64,000 nucleotides of DNA from Candidatus Eiseniibacteriota bacterium (GTDB lineage: Bacteria > Eisenbacteria > RBG-16-71-46). Positions 1-13,459 of this stretch are shown here, piece after piece (position 1 is the first letter of the stretch; every line of letters starts with the position of its first letter). The notes under the pieces are model-generated. The model searched no databases and was not told where the DNA came from. It saw only the letters and a program-made list of their open reading frames with translations. Made by a program: the position numbers and the translations under genes. The stretch lies in the NCBI GenBank assembly GCA_963717935.1, contig CAVQXP010000004.1, positions 512,001-576,000 on the forward strand, given 5' to 3'.

Positions 1-670
1 CGCGCTCCTGCGGTCCTGCTGCTCGCCCCGGGAGACACCCTCGCCTCCGGCGACAGTCTCGTCGTCGCTCTGCGCCGGCACGGCATCACGACCCTGCTGC
101 TCTACCCGCGCGGTCACGGCGCGTCGGTGGCCCCCTCGTGCCCCTCGCCCGACGGCCTGGTTCGACCGCGAGGCGGCCCTGCAGGCGCGCATCGCGCGCG
201 ATGTGCGCGACGCCGTTCGCGGGGTCCGGCGCGCCACCCCCGTGGACAGCACGCGCTACCTGGTCGCGGGCGTGGCGGCCAGCGCCACCATGGCGGTCGA
301 GGCCGCGACCCTGGACCCGCGCGTGCAAGCGCTCCTGCTCGTGAGCCCCGCGCCCGCGCTGGTGGACCGCGGGCCGATGCGCGCGCGCCTGGCGCAACTG
401 CGGCCTGCCGGTCTTCTTCCAGATCGCGCCCGACGACTTCGACGCGACCTACGCGATCACCGACGCCCTCTACCAGGCCGGCGACCGTCCGGCCTCGCGG
501 GTGGTCGGAGTCCGCGATGGCGGGGCCAGGGCCTCGCCCAGTTCCGCGACGACCCGGCCCTGGCCGCGCGCTTCCTCGCCTGGCTCGACGCTACGCTGCA
601 GGCCGGCGACGACCGCGCGAGGTCCGCCGCGCCGCGTCCCACTCCACCCGCACCACGCCGGCGAGGATGA
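1..670 (+). CDS. alpha/beta-hydrolase-fold protein, 5'-truncated by the window edge, frameshifted
   Basis: Stitched frames give ..TLLLYPRGHGAS..ARDVRDAV..YLVAGVAASA..VQALLLVSP..PVFFQIA..GQGLAQF..FLAWLD, the alpha/beta-hydrolase element order. Stop at 670. At least 3 indels. Confidence 0.6.
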   Translation, partial: ALLRSCCSPRETPSPPATVSSSLCAGTASRPCCSTRAVTARRWPPRAPRPTAWFDREAALQARIARDVRDAVRGVRRATPVDSTRYLVAGVAASATMAVEAATLDPRVQALLLVSPAPALVDRGPMRARLAQLRPAGLLPDRARRLRRDLRDHRRPLPGRRPSGLAGGRSPRWRGQGLAQFRDDPALAARFLAWLDATLQAGDDRARSAAPRPTPPAPRRRG

Positions 671-1505
671 GCGCCGCGCCCAGCCACCAGCGGGTCGAGA
701 AGCTCTCTCGCCCCAGGGTGAGCGCGAAGACCACGGCGAAGACCGGCTCGAGCGCGAAGAGCAGCGCCACCCGGCCGGCGGGCAGCAGGCGCTGCGCGGA
801 GATCTGCAGCAGCGGGGCCACGATGCTGCCCGCCGCGACCAGGTAGGCGAAGCGCCACCAGTCCGCCGCGGCGAGGCCGGCGAAGGGCGCGGCCGCGCGC
901 GCCCGCGAACGGCAGCAGGACGAGGGTCACGGTGAGCGCCTGCACCGCCCCCAGCACGACCCCGTCGGCGCCCGGCGCGAACCGCGCGAGCACCACGATC
1001 TGCAGGCCGAAGATCGCCGCACCGCACAGCGTCCACAGCTCCCCCGGGCCGAGTCGCAGGCCGCCCGGCCCGGGCGCGCCCGCCGAGAGCAGGGCCGAGC
1101 CCGCCAGGGCCAGCAGCACGCCCTGCAGCAGCACGCCCGATGGCCGCTGGCCGAGGAGCGGCCACGCGTAGAAGGCCGCGAACAGGGTGCCCGCGCAGGT
1201 CAGGAAGGCCGAACTGCCCGCGCTCGTGTGCAGGAGCCCGATGGCCTGCGAGAGGAAGCCGGCGGCGAAGCAGCGCCCCGGCAAGCACGCCGCCGAGGAG
1301 CGTGGCGCGCGTGAGCCGAGCGCCGGCGGGGGAGCGCGAGCAGCACCAGCACGACGCTCGCGGCGGCGAAACGGCCGAAGACGAGCGCCAGCGGATCGAT
1401 CGCGTGCAGGCTGTCACGGATGACGACGAAGGTGGCGCCCCACAGCAGCGTGGCGGTCACCATCGCGCCCAGACCGCGCAACTGGGTCCGGGGCACGAGC
1501 GTCAC
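591..1505 (-). CDS. DMT/EamA family transporter (frameshifted)
   Basis: ORF pieces 1200-1505 (LLWGATF..RFAAA), 457-1284 (GLLHTSAGSSAFLT..GELWTL) and 591-821 (LLFALEPVFA) give two EamA repeats. Confidence 0.85.
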
Positions 1506-1506
1506 G

Positions 1507-4037
1507 CTACTCGCCGGGCTCCGCGGTGGGTCCGGCCCCGGCTTCTCCCCCGTTCCCGTTGCCGTTGCCGTTGCCGCCCTCGTCGTCCTCGCTCACCACC
1601 CGCGTGACCCCGGCCACCACGTCCGCCAGCAACTCGCCCTCGGTGGGCGTCAGGTTCACCAGCGTGACCCCCTGCGTGTTGCGGCCCATCACCGAGATGC
1701 CCCTTCACGGGCATGCGGATGAGCTGGCCGGAGCGGGTCATGATCATCAACTCGTCACCGTCCACGACCTCCTTCACGGCCACGATGCAGCCGTTCCGCT
1801 CGGTGGTCTTGATGGTGATGATGCCCTTGCCGCCGCGGTGGGAGACCCGGTACTCGGAGATCTCGCTGCGCTTGCCGAAGCCGTGCTCGGTGACGGCCAG
1901 GAGCGTCGACTGGCGCTTGACCCCGACCATGCTCACGACCTCGTCCTCGCCGTCGTCGAGCGTCACCGCCTTGACGCCGTAGGACGTGCGGCCCATGGCG
2001 CGAACCTCGTTCTCGTGGAAGCGGATGGCGAGGCCCTTCTTCTTCGCGAGGATGATGTCCTGCGTCCCGTCGGTGAGGATGGCCTCGATGAGTCCGTCTC
2101 CGTCTTCGAGCAGGATGGCGTTGATGCCGATCTTCCGCGGGTGGCTGTAGGCCGAGAGCACGGTCTTCTTGATGAGGCCCTTCCGCGTGGCGCACACCAG
2201 GTAGTGCTGGTCGTCGAACTCCTTGACCGCCACCACCGCCTGGACCCGCTCCTCGCGGCTCAGGCCCTCGAGGTGGTTCACGAGCGGCCGGCCCTTCGCC
2301 ATGCGGCCGGCCTGTTCGATCTCGTGCACCTTGAGCCAGTAGCAGCGGCCGCGGTCCGTGAGGATCAGCAGGTAGGAGTGCGTGTTGGCCACGAACAGGT
2401 GCTCGATGAAATCCTCTTCCTTCGTCCGCGCGCCGATCACGCCCTTGCCGCCGCGCCGTTGCGAGCGGTAGGCGGTGATCTCCTGCCGCTTGATGTAGCC
2501 GGCGTGCGAGATCGTGATCACCATGTCCTTCTGCTCGATGGTGTCCTCGTAGCCGATCTCGCCCTCCTCGCCCACGATCTCGGTGCGCCGGTCGTCGCCG
2601 TATTTCTCCTTCAGGCGCCGGACCTCGTCCTGGATGATGCCGAGCATCTTCTTCGGGCTGGCGAGGATCGAGCGCAGCCGCTCGATCAACTGGATGATCT
2701 CGAGGTACTCCTGCTCGACCTTCGTGCGCTCGAGCCCGGTCAGGCGCGACAGGCGCATCTCGAGGATGGCGTTCGCCTGGATCTCGCTCAGCTTGAACCG
2801 GCCCATGAGGCCCTGGCGCGCGGTGTCCACGTCCTTCGAGCCGCGGATCAGGGCGATGACGGCGTCGAGGTGATCGAGGGCGATCTTGAGGCCCTCGAGG
2901 ATGTGGGCGCGCTTCTCCGCCTCGGCGAGGTCGAACTCGCGTGCGACGCCTCACGACCTCCTGCCGGTGACGCACGTACTCGTCCACGAGTTGCCGCAGG
3001 TTCATCACCTGCGGCCGGTTCTCCACCAGGGCCAGCATGATCGCGCCGAAGGTCACCTGCAGCGGCGTGTGCACGAAGAGCTGGTTGAGCACGACCTTGG
3101 GGTTGGCGTCCTTCTTGAGTTCGATCACGACGCGCATGCCGTCGCGGTCGGACTCGTCGCGCAGGTCGCTGATGCCCGTGATGCGCCCCTGGCGCACGAG
3201 GTCGGCGATCTTCTCGAGCAGGTTCGCCTTGCTGACCTGGAACGGGATCTCGGTCGCCACCAGGCTCATGCGTCCGGCGCGGCCTTCTTCGACCTGGACG
3301 CGCGCGCGCACCTTGATGAGGCCGCGCCCGGTCGTGTAGCAGTCCCGAATGCCCTGCATCCCGTAGATGATGCCGCCCGTGGGGAAATCCGGTCCCTTGA
3401 CGATGTGGGCGAGCGCTTCGGGCGTGGCGTCCGGGTGCTCGATGACGTGCACGATGGCGTCGCACACTTCGCGGAGATTGTGCGGCGGCACCTCGGTCGC
3501 CATGCCCACGGCGATGCCCGAGCAACCGTTGACGAGCAGGTTCGGCAACACGCCCGGGAGCACGGTCGGCTCCTCGCGGGTCTCGTCGTAGTTGGGCCGC
3601 AGGTTCACCGTGTTCTTCTCGAGGTCCGCGAGCATCTCGACCGCGAGGTGGGTGAGCCGGGCCTCGGTGTAGCGCATGGCCGCCGGGGCGTCGCCGTCGA
3701 TCGAGCCGAAGTTGCCCTGGCCGTCCACCAGCGGATAGCGCATCACCCAGTTCTGCGCCAGGCGCACGAGCGTCGGGTAGACCACGCCCTCGCCGTGCGG
3801 GTGGTAGTTGCCCGAAGTGTCGCCGGCGATCTTGGCGCACTTCCGGTAGCCCCGCCCCGGCGCGAGGTTCAGGTCGTTCATCGCGACCAGGATGCGGCGC
3901 TGCGACGGCTTGAGCCCGTCGCGGACGTCGGGAAGCGCGCGGGAGACGATGACCGACATCGAGTAGTCGATGTAGCTGGTCTTCATCTCGTCTTCGATCT
4001 GCCTGTCGATGACCCTGGTGCGGTCGTTCAGTGCCAT
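1507..4037 (-). CDS. gyrA: DNA gyrase subunit A (indels near 2940 and 1705)
   Basis: [24 protein letters not shown] catalytic Tyr, GyrA-box QRRGGKG and beta-pinwheel repeats, split over ORFs 1755-4037, 1502-2830 and 1507-1692. Confidence 0.97.
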
Positions 4038-4095
4038 GCTCGCGTCCCTGCCTCACGCCCGGCGGGGATCCCGCCCGGGCGACGGTCTTGTCGTC

Positions 4096-6947
<2,852 letters not shown>

Positions 6948-6950
6948 GCG

Positions 6951-8102
6951 TTATGCCCCCGCGTCGGGGAGACGCAGCGGCATGATCAGGCAGAGCAGGT
7001 CGTCCTCGCTCTGCGGCAAGGAGCCCACGGGCTCGATGATCCCGGCCGAGAGCGGCGTCTTCAGCCGGAACAGGACCTGTTCCGTGGGGATACAGCGCAG
7101 GATCTCCAGCAGGTAGCCCGCGTTGTAGCCGATCTCGAGGGCATCCCCGTCGTACTCGGCCGCCAGCTTCTGCTCGCCGGCCCCCAGTTCCTGCGTGGTC
7201 GACGAGACCCCCAGGCCCCCCTTGCGCACCGAGAAGCGCACCTGCTTCGTCACGTTGTCGGCGTGCGAGGCGACGAGATCGATGGCCTGGATCAGGTCGT
7301 CGCGACGCGCGGTGAGGCTGCGCGGGTTGTCCTTCGGGATGACCTGATCGTAGTTCGGATAGGTCCCCTCGAGGAGCCGCGTGATGATCTGCACGCGGTA
7401 CTCCCCGACCTGCGTACTGAAGCCCGCCTGATTGCGACCGGTGGCGACCTCGATCTCGACCGGGCTCGTGGCCTCTTCCGCCGTGCGGCTCACGGTCTGG
7501 AGAGCGCGCGTCGGCACGATGATGCCCTGCGCGGTGAGACCCGCGTACGCGCCCTTGCGTGAAGCCCGTGAGAGCCGATGACCATCGGTGGCGACGAAGG
7601 TCAGTCCCTTCTCCGTGCCCACGAGCAGCACGCCATTCAACTGCGGGCGCGTCTCCTCGGTCGAGGAGGAGTACATGGTCCGCGCCGCCAGCCGGGAGAG
7701 CGTGGCTCCATCGAGCGTGATCCGCGACTCACCCTTCAACTCGGGGATGCGCGGGAACTCAGCAGGGTCCTGTGAGGGGAACCGCGACCAACCCTTACCT
7801 TCGCCGTAGTCCACCTGGCATTGTCCATCGCGCACCGTCAGCGTCAGCATGCCCTTTGGCATCTTCCGCACGACCTCGTGAAAATGCCGCGCCGAGACCG
7901 CGACCTTGCCGGGGCTGGAGACGGTGCACGGCACCCGCACAGAGGTCGTCACGTCGAGGTCGGTGCCCGTCACGCGCAGGCCACTCTTCTCGGCCTCGAT
8001 CAGCACGCAACTCAGGAGCGGCAGGGGACTCTTGCTCGCCACCGATCCCAGGGCCCGCGCAACGGCGAAAGCGAGGTCGCCCTGCTGGATGGTCAGCTCC
8101 AT
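6951..8102 (-). CDS. dnaN: DNA polymerase III beta sliding clamp
   Basis: TDLD, ETRPQLNGV, VATDGHRL, YPNYDQVIP, LIMPLRL C-terminus. GGGAG RBS before ATG 8102. Confidence 0.97.
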   Translation of the reverse strand: MELTIQQGDLAFAVARALGSVASKSPLPLLSCVLIEAEKSGLRVTGTDLDVTTSVRVPCTVSSPGKVAVSARHFHEVVRKMPKGMLTLTVRDGQCQVDYGEGKGWSRFPSQDPAEFPRIPELKGESRITLDGATLSRLAARTMYSSSTEETRPQLNGVLLVGTEKGLTFVATDGHRLSRASRKGAYAGLTAQGIIVPTRALQTVSRTAEEATSPVEIEVATGRNQAGFSTQVGEYRVQIITRLLEGTYPNYDQVIPKDNPRSLTARRDDLIQAIDLVASHADNVTKQVRFSVRKGGLGVSSTTQELGAGEQKLAAEYDGDALEIGYNAGYLLEILRCIPTEQVLFRLKTPLSAGIIEPVGSLPQSEDDLLCLIMPLRLPDAGA

Positions 8103-8197
8103 AAAGGTCACTCCCTGACTGGGGGAAACCCAAGTCCGGCCACGGGTTCCGCGGGGCGGAACGACGATCGCCGGAGGCTCACGTCCGAAACCAAGGC

Positions 8198-8226
8198 ATC
8201 ATAGGCGGCACAGGGGTGGTCTGCAA
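8198..8226 (-). promoter_or_regulatory. sigma70-type promoter for dnaN
   Basis: Minus strand TTGCAG (8226-8221), 17 nt, TATGAT (8203-8198). Confidence 0.55.
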
Positions 8227-8244
8227 GTGATTTCAGGCTGCTGC

Positions 8245-8463
8245 CTATGACTCTAACTGCTTGTTAAGCAATAAGAAAAAGACTAGTAGCCGTAGGGGTT
8301 GCGGACTCTGTGGAAGACCGCTTTCGAGTGCCCGCAAGCGGCATCCCGACAAGGCCTGGAAGGGAATCCGGCGGGTGTGGGAAGACCCGCCCCTTCTGCA
8401 CCGTTCTGCCGGTTCCTTGCCCGGCAGGGCCGGGTATCCCCCGCCCTCCACACGTTATCCACA
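8245..8463. other. oriC, downstream part: AT-rich unwinding element with DnaA-trios plus DnaA boxes
   Basis: AT-rich tract 8245-8290 and NAN trio run 8266-8295. Tandem boxes TGCGGACTC (8300-8308) and TGTGGAAGA (8309-8317), TGTGGGAAG (8376-8384), perfect TTATCCACA (8455-8463). Lies between dnaA and dnaN. Confidence 0.85.
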
Positions 8464-8465
8464 GC

Positions 8466-9851
8466 TCATCCAGCGGCCAGAGTGGAGATGAGCCCGTTGA
8501 TGCGCTCCGCGAACTCGCTGTCGGTCGCCACCATCGTGCCCACCTTCTCGCAGGCGTAGATGACGGTGGAGTGATCCCGACCGCCAAAGACGCGGCCGAT
8601 GTCCACCAGCGAGAGCTCCGTGAGCTGCCGCAGCAGGTACATCGCGACCTGCCGGGGCAGGGCCACGGAGCGCGTCCGTCGCTGGCCGAACAAAGCCTCG
8701 GCCTTGATGCTGAACTGTTCGGCCACCAGCGCCACGATGCGCTCGGGCGTGAGCTGGTCGGCCTCCGCGTTGACGTAGTGCTGGAGCACCTCCTCGGCCA
8801 GCTCGAGCGAGATCTCCTGGCCGGTCAGGGCGGCCACCGCCATCAATCGCACCAGACAGCCTTCGAGGTCGCGGATGTTCGTGCGGACGCGGTCCGCGAT
8901 GAGGAGCAGCACGTCCTCCGAGAGACGCACGTCGGCGCCCTCCTGGTCGCAGCGGTTGCGCAGGATGGCGATGCGGGTCTCGAGGTCGGGCTGCTTGATG
9001 TCGGTGACGAGGCCCTGGTTGAAGCGGGAGGTGAGGCGCGCCTCGAGCATCGGGATGTCCTTGGGTGGCTTGTCCGCGGTCACCACGATCTGCTTGTGCG
9101 CGTCGCGCAACGCGTTGAAGGTGTAGAAGAACTCCTCCTGCGTGCTCTCCTTCCCCGCCAGGAACTGGATGTCGTCGATCAGGAGCAGGTCTACGTTCCG
9201 GTACTTGTTGCGGAACGCCAGCGTCTGGGCGTGCTGGATCGCGTAGATCATCTCGTTGGTGAAACGTTCGGCCGGCACGTAGTAGACGCGCAAGCCGGGC
9301 CTGTTGCACATCACCTGGTGACCGATGGCGTGCAGCAGGTGGGTCTTGCCCAGGCCCGAGCCGCCGAAGATGAAGAGCGGGTTGTAGGAGTGTCCGGGGT
9401 TCTGTGCGACGGCCATGCAGGCGGCGTGCGTGAAGCGATTGCTGCTGCCGACGACGAAACTCTCGAACGTGTGCCGGGGGCTCAGCTGGCTGTCGAGCCA
9501 CAGACGCGCGGCGCGCGGCTCGACGGTCGCGCCCGTCACGGGGCCGGGGCGGGGCTCGACGGGCGGCGCGGGGGCCGTGGGCTCGAGGGCCAGGAAGCGG
9601 ACCTCGGGCGTGGCGCCCAGCACCTCCGACAGGCTCTGACGCAGCGCGGTCAGGTGGTGCTCGTGGATCCAATCCACGAAGAAGGCGTTGGGGACTTCCA
9701 ACTCGACGAACTGGGCGCTGATCGCGCGGGGGATGATCGGCTTGAACCAGGTGTCCAGCGCCTGGGGGCTGCCGAGCCTGCCGCGCACGGAGTCGAGGAC
9801 TTGAGCCCAGACCTGGCTCGTCTCCTCCGAAAGCAACGACTGGACGGCCAT
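8466..9851 (-). CDS. dnaA: chromosomal replication initiator DnaA
   Basis: YNPLFIFGGSGLGKTHLL, LLIDDIQF, GGRDHSTV. AAGGA RBS before ATG 9851 (alternative GTG at 9890). Confidence 0.98.
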   Translation of the reverse strand: MAVQSLLSEETSQVWAQVLDSVRGRLGSPQALDTWFKPIIPRAISAQFVELEVPNAFFVDWIHEHHLTALRQSLSEVLGATPEVRFLALEPTAPAPPVEPRPGPVTGATVEPRAARLWLDSQLSPRHTFESFVVGSSNRFTHAACMAVAQNPGHSYNPLFIFGGSGLGKTHLLHAIGHQVMCNRPGLRVYYVPAERFTNEMIYAIQHAQTLAFRNKYRNVDLLLIDDIQFLAGKESTQEEFFYTFNALRDAHKQIVVTADKPPKDIPMLEARLTSRFNQGLVTDIKQPDLETRIAILRNRCDQEGADVRLSEDVLLLIADRVRTNIRDLEGCLVRLMAVAALTGQEISLELAEEVLQHYVNAEADQLTPERIVALVAEQFSIKAEALFGQRRTRSVALPRQVAMYLLRQLTELSLVDIGRVFGGRDHSTVIYACEKVGTMVATDSEFAERINGLISTLAAG

Positions 9852-9882
9852 TTCAACGGTCCTTGCTGAAAGGTCGCGAGAG

Positions 9883-10061
9883 TTGTCCACAGGGCGCCGG
9901 GTTGAGGCGGCCTCAGCCAGCCGGGGCCCGGAGCTCTGGGGTGCGACGGTTTGTGGAGAATGTGGAAAGGACTTATCAACACCAGGGGCAGTGGTTCTAT
10001 CTCATTTGGCAGAAAGGTCTTGGATTCTGTCGCACCTCCTTCCCTCCACACCTTTTCCACA
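9883..10061. promoter_or_regulatory. DnaA-box cluster upstream of dnaA (upstream oriC part / autoregulation)
   Basis: TTGTCCACA 9883-9891, TGTGGAGAA 9952-9960, TGTGGAAAG 9961-9969, TTATCAACA 9973-9981, perfect TTTTCCACA 10053-10061. Locally AT-rich. Confidence 0.8.
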
Positions 10062-10347
10062 TCTTGCCAGCGAGCGCCCGCGAGACCGCGAAACGAACCG
10101 CGCGGCGATCTGCCCCCGCAGACTGAAGGCATTCTATTGCTTTCGTTTGACAGGGATTGCCGATTCCCGCGAGCGGCGGCCAGAGAGGGGCTCCGCTCGG
10201 GGGCCGCGAGGCTAGCACTGCCGACAGGGCCCCACAAGGCCCATTTTGGCGCCGGAAGCGTCGCCGCAACGTGCTGCAATATAGCCAGTTGCGTCTGACG
10301 AAACACCCGCGCAGTGACGCCGACCCCGGCCGCCCGCGGTCACCGGC

Positions 10348-10986
10348 TCAGAAGGGAAGATTGACCCCCGCCGAAAAGGCCGTGCGGTCGGCGAAATCGT
10401 CCCCGAGGAGCAACTGAAGCTCCGCCGTGATGTGCGCGCCGGGAATGGCGCGCAGCTCCGCTCCCAGCCGGAGAGGCACCGAGAAGTCGGTCTCGCTCTC
10501 GTCGCCCAGGTCCACGCTCGAAAAGCAGAGCATCGCGCCGGCGTACGGCGCGATCGACGAGTTGCCCGAGAAGGGGAAGGCGTGGCTGGCCACGACCGAG
10601 GGGCCGAGCTTGAGCACCGAGTAGTTGTCGCTCGTCTCCACGCCGAGCGCCCCGCCCACCGCGATGTCCACCGGGTGGCCCGCGGCCGCCTTCGCCGCAC
10701 CGAAGCGCACGTCAGCGCCCAGGCGCAGCGAGGTCTTGGTGGTCGTTTCCAGGTCGAGTCGCGCGAGCCCGCCCTGGAAGCCGAAGTCCACGTTCGGATA
10801 GAAACTCAGCCGCAACTGGCCCAGCGCGCCGACGACGTTCTCGCTGAAGTTCACGTAGGCGCCGCCCGTCCGCGCGTTCACGGGCAGGATCTCGGCGGGC
10901 GTGTACTGCCCGAACACCTGGGCGTAGGTTGCGGGGGCGGGCACGAGGCTCGCGAGCAGCAGGGCGAGCGGCAGGGTCCTCTTCAC
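10348..10986 (-). CDS. putative outer-membrane beta-barrel protein
   Basis: GGAGG RBS and GTG start, signal peptide (KRTLPLALLLASLVPAPATYA), alternating beta-strand pattern, C-terminal aromatic (VNLPF). Confidence 0.7.
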   Translation of the reverse strand: MKRTLPLALLLASLVPAPATYAQVFGQYTPAEILPVNARTGGAYVNFSENVVGALGQLRLSFYPNVDFGFQGGLARLDLETTTKTSLRLGADVRFGAAKAAAGHPVDIAVGGALGVETSDNYSVLKLGPSVVASHAFPFSGNSSIAPYAGAMLCFSSVDLGDESETDFSVPLRLGAELRAIPGAHITAELQLLLGDDFADRTAFSAGVNLPF

Positions 10987-11140
10987 GTTCAACCTCCATG
11001 TCGAAAGAGTGGGTGGTTCCGATCCGTGGGTGCCCGCGCACGGTCGCAAATCCGTGAAACCGCGGTCAAGCAGAAACGCCCCCGCGCCGGCGCCGGCGCG
11101 CCGGTCGTGGGGTGGGGGGCGCCGGCCACGATCGGCGGGA

Positions 11141-12026
11141 TCAGCCATCACGTGCCGCGTCGAAGAAGGCGGAGGTCCACCGCGCGCACGGGCGGAAGCC
11201 AAGCCGCCGGTAGACCGCGATCGCGGGGGCGTTGGAATCGTTCACGAACAGGCAGGCCGCCCGGGTGCGCGCGAACAGGCGCATGCACAGCTCGGCGAGG
11301 CCCCTTCGCGCGAGGCCGTGGTTGCGGTGCTCCGGCGGCACGAAGACGGCCGAGATCTGCACGGCGTCCGCGGTGAGCGCGCTCAGGCTGGCGCGGAAGC
11401 GCAGCGCGGCGTTCGCCAGCCAGAGATAGGTATGGCCCTGGCGGCACTCCTCCTCGACCCGCCGGGCGTAGGTCTCCGGGTCCGCCAGCCGCGGGTCCTC
11501 TCCGAGCTCCTCCGCGCGCAGCTCGGCGCCGGTGCGGTGGACGAGGTCGTAGTCCTCGGGGCGCGCCGGCCGCAACTCGGCGAGGCGCTCGAAGGACGGC
11601 AGTCCGCCGCGCTCGACCGCCATGTAGGTCTGCGGCAGTTCGAGCCGGGGGGCGAGGCCCGCCGCGCGCAGGCGGGCCACCACGGCCGCGACCGCCGCCC
11701 GGGGGCCGACGACCTGGAAGCGGCGCGGGACGACGGAAAGCCGCTCCGCGACGCACCCGGCGAGGGCGGCCAGCGCCGCGGGGTCGTCGCCCAGGGGCAG
11801 GACGGCCCCGCGAGGCGCCGCCCAGGCAGACGAGGCCCGCGAGCGCGCCGCCGCGGCGCGCCACCCAGTACTCGTCGCGCGGCGCGTCCAGCCCGTCGCG
11901 CAGCACCAGGGCCACGAGGTAGGCGTTCACGACCGGGTCGCGGTCGAGCCAGCCGAAGACCTCGAGCATCTCGGGGTAGCCGGCCCGCTCGACGGTGACC
12001 GCGGTGGAGTCGGCGTGGTGGGACAT
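11141..12026 (-). CDS. GNAT-family N-acetyltransferase (indel near 11805)
   Basis: AAGGAG RBS. C-terminal VFVPPEHRNHGLA and LFVNDSNAPAIAVYRRLGF motifs. Confidence 0.85.
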
Positions 12027-12102
12027 GGGGCTCCTTCGCGGCGAGGGTCCGCGCGCACGGCCGCAATCTAAACCGCGGGGGTGCGGCGGACAACCGCCCC
12101 GC

Positions 12103-12465
12103 TCACTCCTCCGCGGCGGCACTCCTCCCCCGGCCGCGCTTCTTCCGGGCCTCGAGCCGCTTGCCGGCGAGGCGCTTCTCGACGGCGCTGCGCGTCGGTC
12201 TCGTGGGCCGGCGGGGCTTCGGCCGGTGGGCGCGGCGCTTCAACTCCTCGAGCACGCGCGCGAGCGCGGCCTCGCGGTTACGCGCCTGCGAGCGGCTCTC
12301 GGTGCCGATTCGCACGATGCCGCTCGGCAGGTGGCGCACGCGCACGCTGGACTCGGTCTTGTTCTTCTTCTGCCCGCCGGGTCCCGACGACTTGAAGGGT
12401 GTGATCTCGCAGTCGTGGGCGAGGCGCTCGAGGGCGGGGGCGAGCGGCATGGCGGCGGGCGTCAC
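12103..12465 (-). CDS. arfB: ArfB/YaeJ-like alternative ribosome-rescue peptidyl-tRNA hydrolase
   Basis: SSGPGGQ..NK motif, RSQ..NR, basic tail PKPRRPTRPT..EKRL..K. Start overlaps the upstream stop (GTGA). Confidence 0.85.
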   Translation of the reverse strand: MTPAAMPLAPALERLAHDCEITPFKSSGPGGQKKNKTESSVRVRHLPSGIVRIGTESRSQARNREAALARVLEELKRRAHRPKPRRPTRPTRSAVEKRLAGKRLEARKKRGRGRSAAAEE

Positions 12466-13424
12466 TCCCCGGCGCGGATGCGGGCCACGACCCGGCCTGC
12501 GATCAGACGATCCAGCGCCGTGCGGTCGGGCGCGTCCAGCACGATGAAATCGCTCTCGTCGGGGCCCGGGAGCAGGAGCAACTGCCGCCCGTTCCAGAGG
12601 GCGCGGCTCAGGATCAGGTGGCCCGAGAGCCGCACCGCGAGCGGGGCGAAGCGCTCCAGCGGCCAGCTCCTCCGGCTGACGATGGCCAGGTCGCCGGCCG
12701 CGAGCACGTCGTTTACGCGCCGGACGCCCGCCGCGGAGACACGGAACGCGAACGGCCGCACGGGCGGCTCGATCCCGGCGAGCGAGTCGGCGGCGATGCG
12801 ATGCACCTCGCGAACGTCCGGGCCCGAGCGGGCGCCTTCACCCGGGTCGGCGCCCTCCCCGATCTCGGGCACCAGGATCTTCGCCTGGGGCACTTCCGTC
12901 GCGGGTGGCACCGGTGGGATCTCTCGCACGTCGCGTGAGCGCGCCTCGCGGTCGTGCTCGCGCGCGCCGGGGATCGGCCGGGCCCGTTCGAGGCCGCCCG
13001 GCGGCGCCGTCGTGATCGTCACAGGGGGCCCCTCCGCCTCGCGCTGCGACGGCGAGGGCCCGTCTCCTCCCCCGGCGGCCAGCCCCGCGTACTTCGCAGC
13101 CCCCAGCGTCTCGGCGAGGACCTGCACGGCCCGGGCCGTCTGGAAGGGATCCGAGCGCTTCCCCGTCGCCGACCAGGCGAGGTAGATGCGCGGGTCGTCG
13201 CGCAGCGCGTCCGCCAGGCGCGACGCCAGCGCGGGATGCGGGGTCTTCGCCCCGCTCTCGATCTGCGAGAGATAGGACGCCGACGACTGCCGCAGGCCGA
13301 CCTTGAGCGCGACCTCGCGCACCGTGAGTCCCAGCGCCTCCCGACGCTGCCTCATGTGGGCCCCGACGGGGTGCCCGGTCGGCTTCGGGGGCCGGCCGCG
13401 CCTGGGCGGCTCGAGTGGGTTCAT
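12462..13424 (-). CDS. XRE-family HTH regulator with degenerate C-terminal S24 (LexA/CI-like) domain
   Basis: RREALGLTVREVA..SYLSQIESG..P HTH. C-terminal FAFRV..GDLAIV..LLLP..IAGRVV S24-like pattern. Confidence 0.8.
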   Translation of the reverse strand: MNPLEPPRRGRPPKPTGHPVGAHMRQRREALGLTVREVALKVGLRQSSASYLSQIESGAKTPHPALASRLADALRDDPRIYLAWSATGKRSDPFQTARAVQVLAETLGAAKYAGLAAGGGDGPSPSQREAEGPPVTITTAPPGGLERARPIPGAREHDREARSRDVREIPPVPPATEVPQAKILVPEIGEGADPGEGARSGPDVREVHRIAADSLAGIEPPVRPFAFRVSAAGVRRVNDVLAAGDLAIVSRRSWPLERFAPLAVRLSGHLILSRALWNGRQLLLLPGPDESDFIVLDAPDRTALDRLIAGRVVARIRAGE

Positions 13425-13459
13425 GGGCGGCATGGTAGACCAGCAGTAGATTTGTTACC

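Noticed and set aside
12462..13424. Prophage marked by a CI-like repressor
   Set aside because: No integrase, cro, replication or structural phage genes nearby. Flanking genes are housekeeping.
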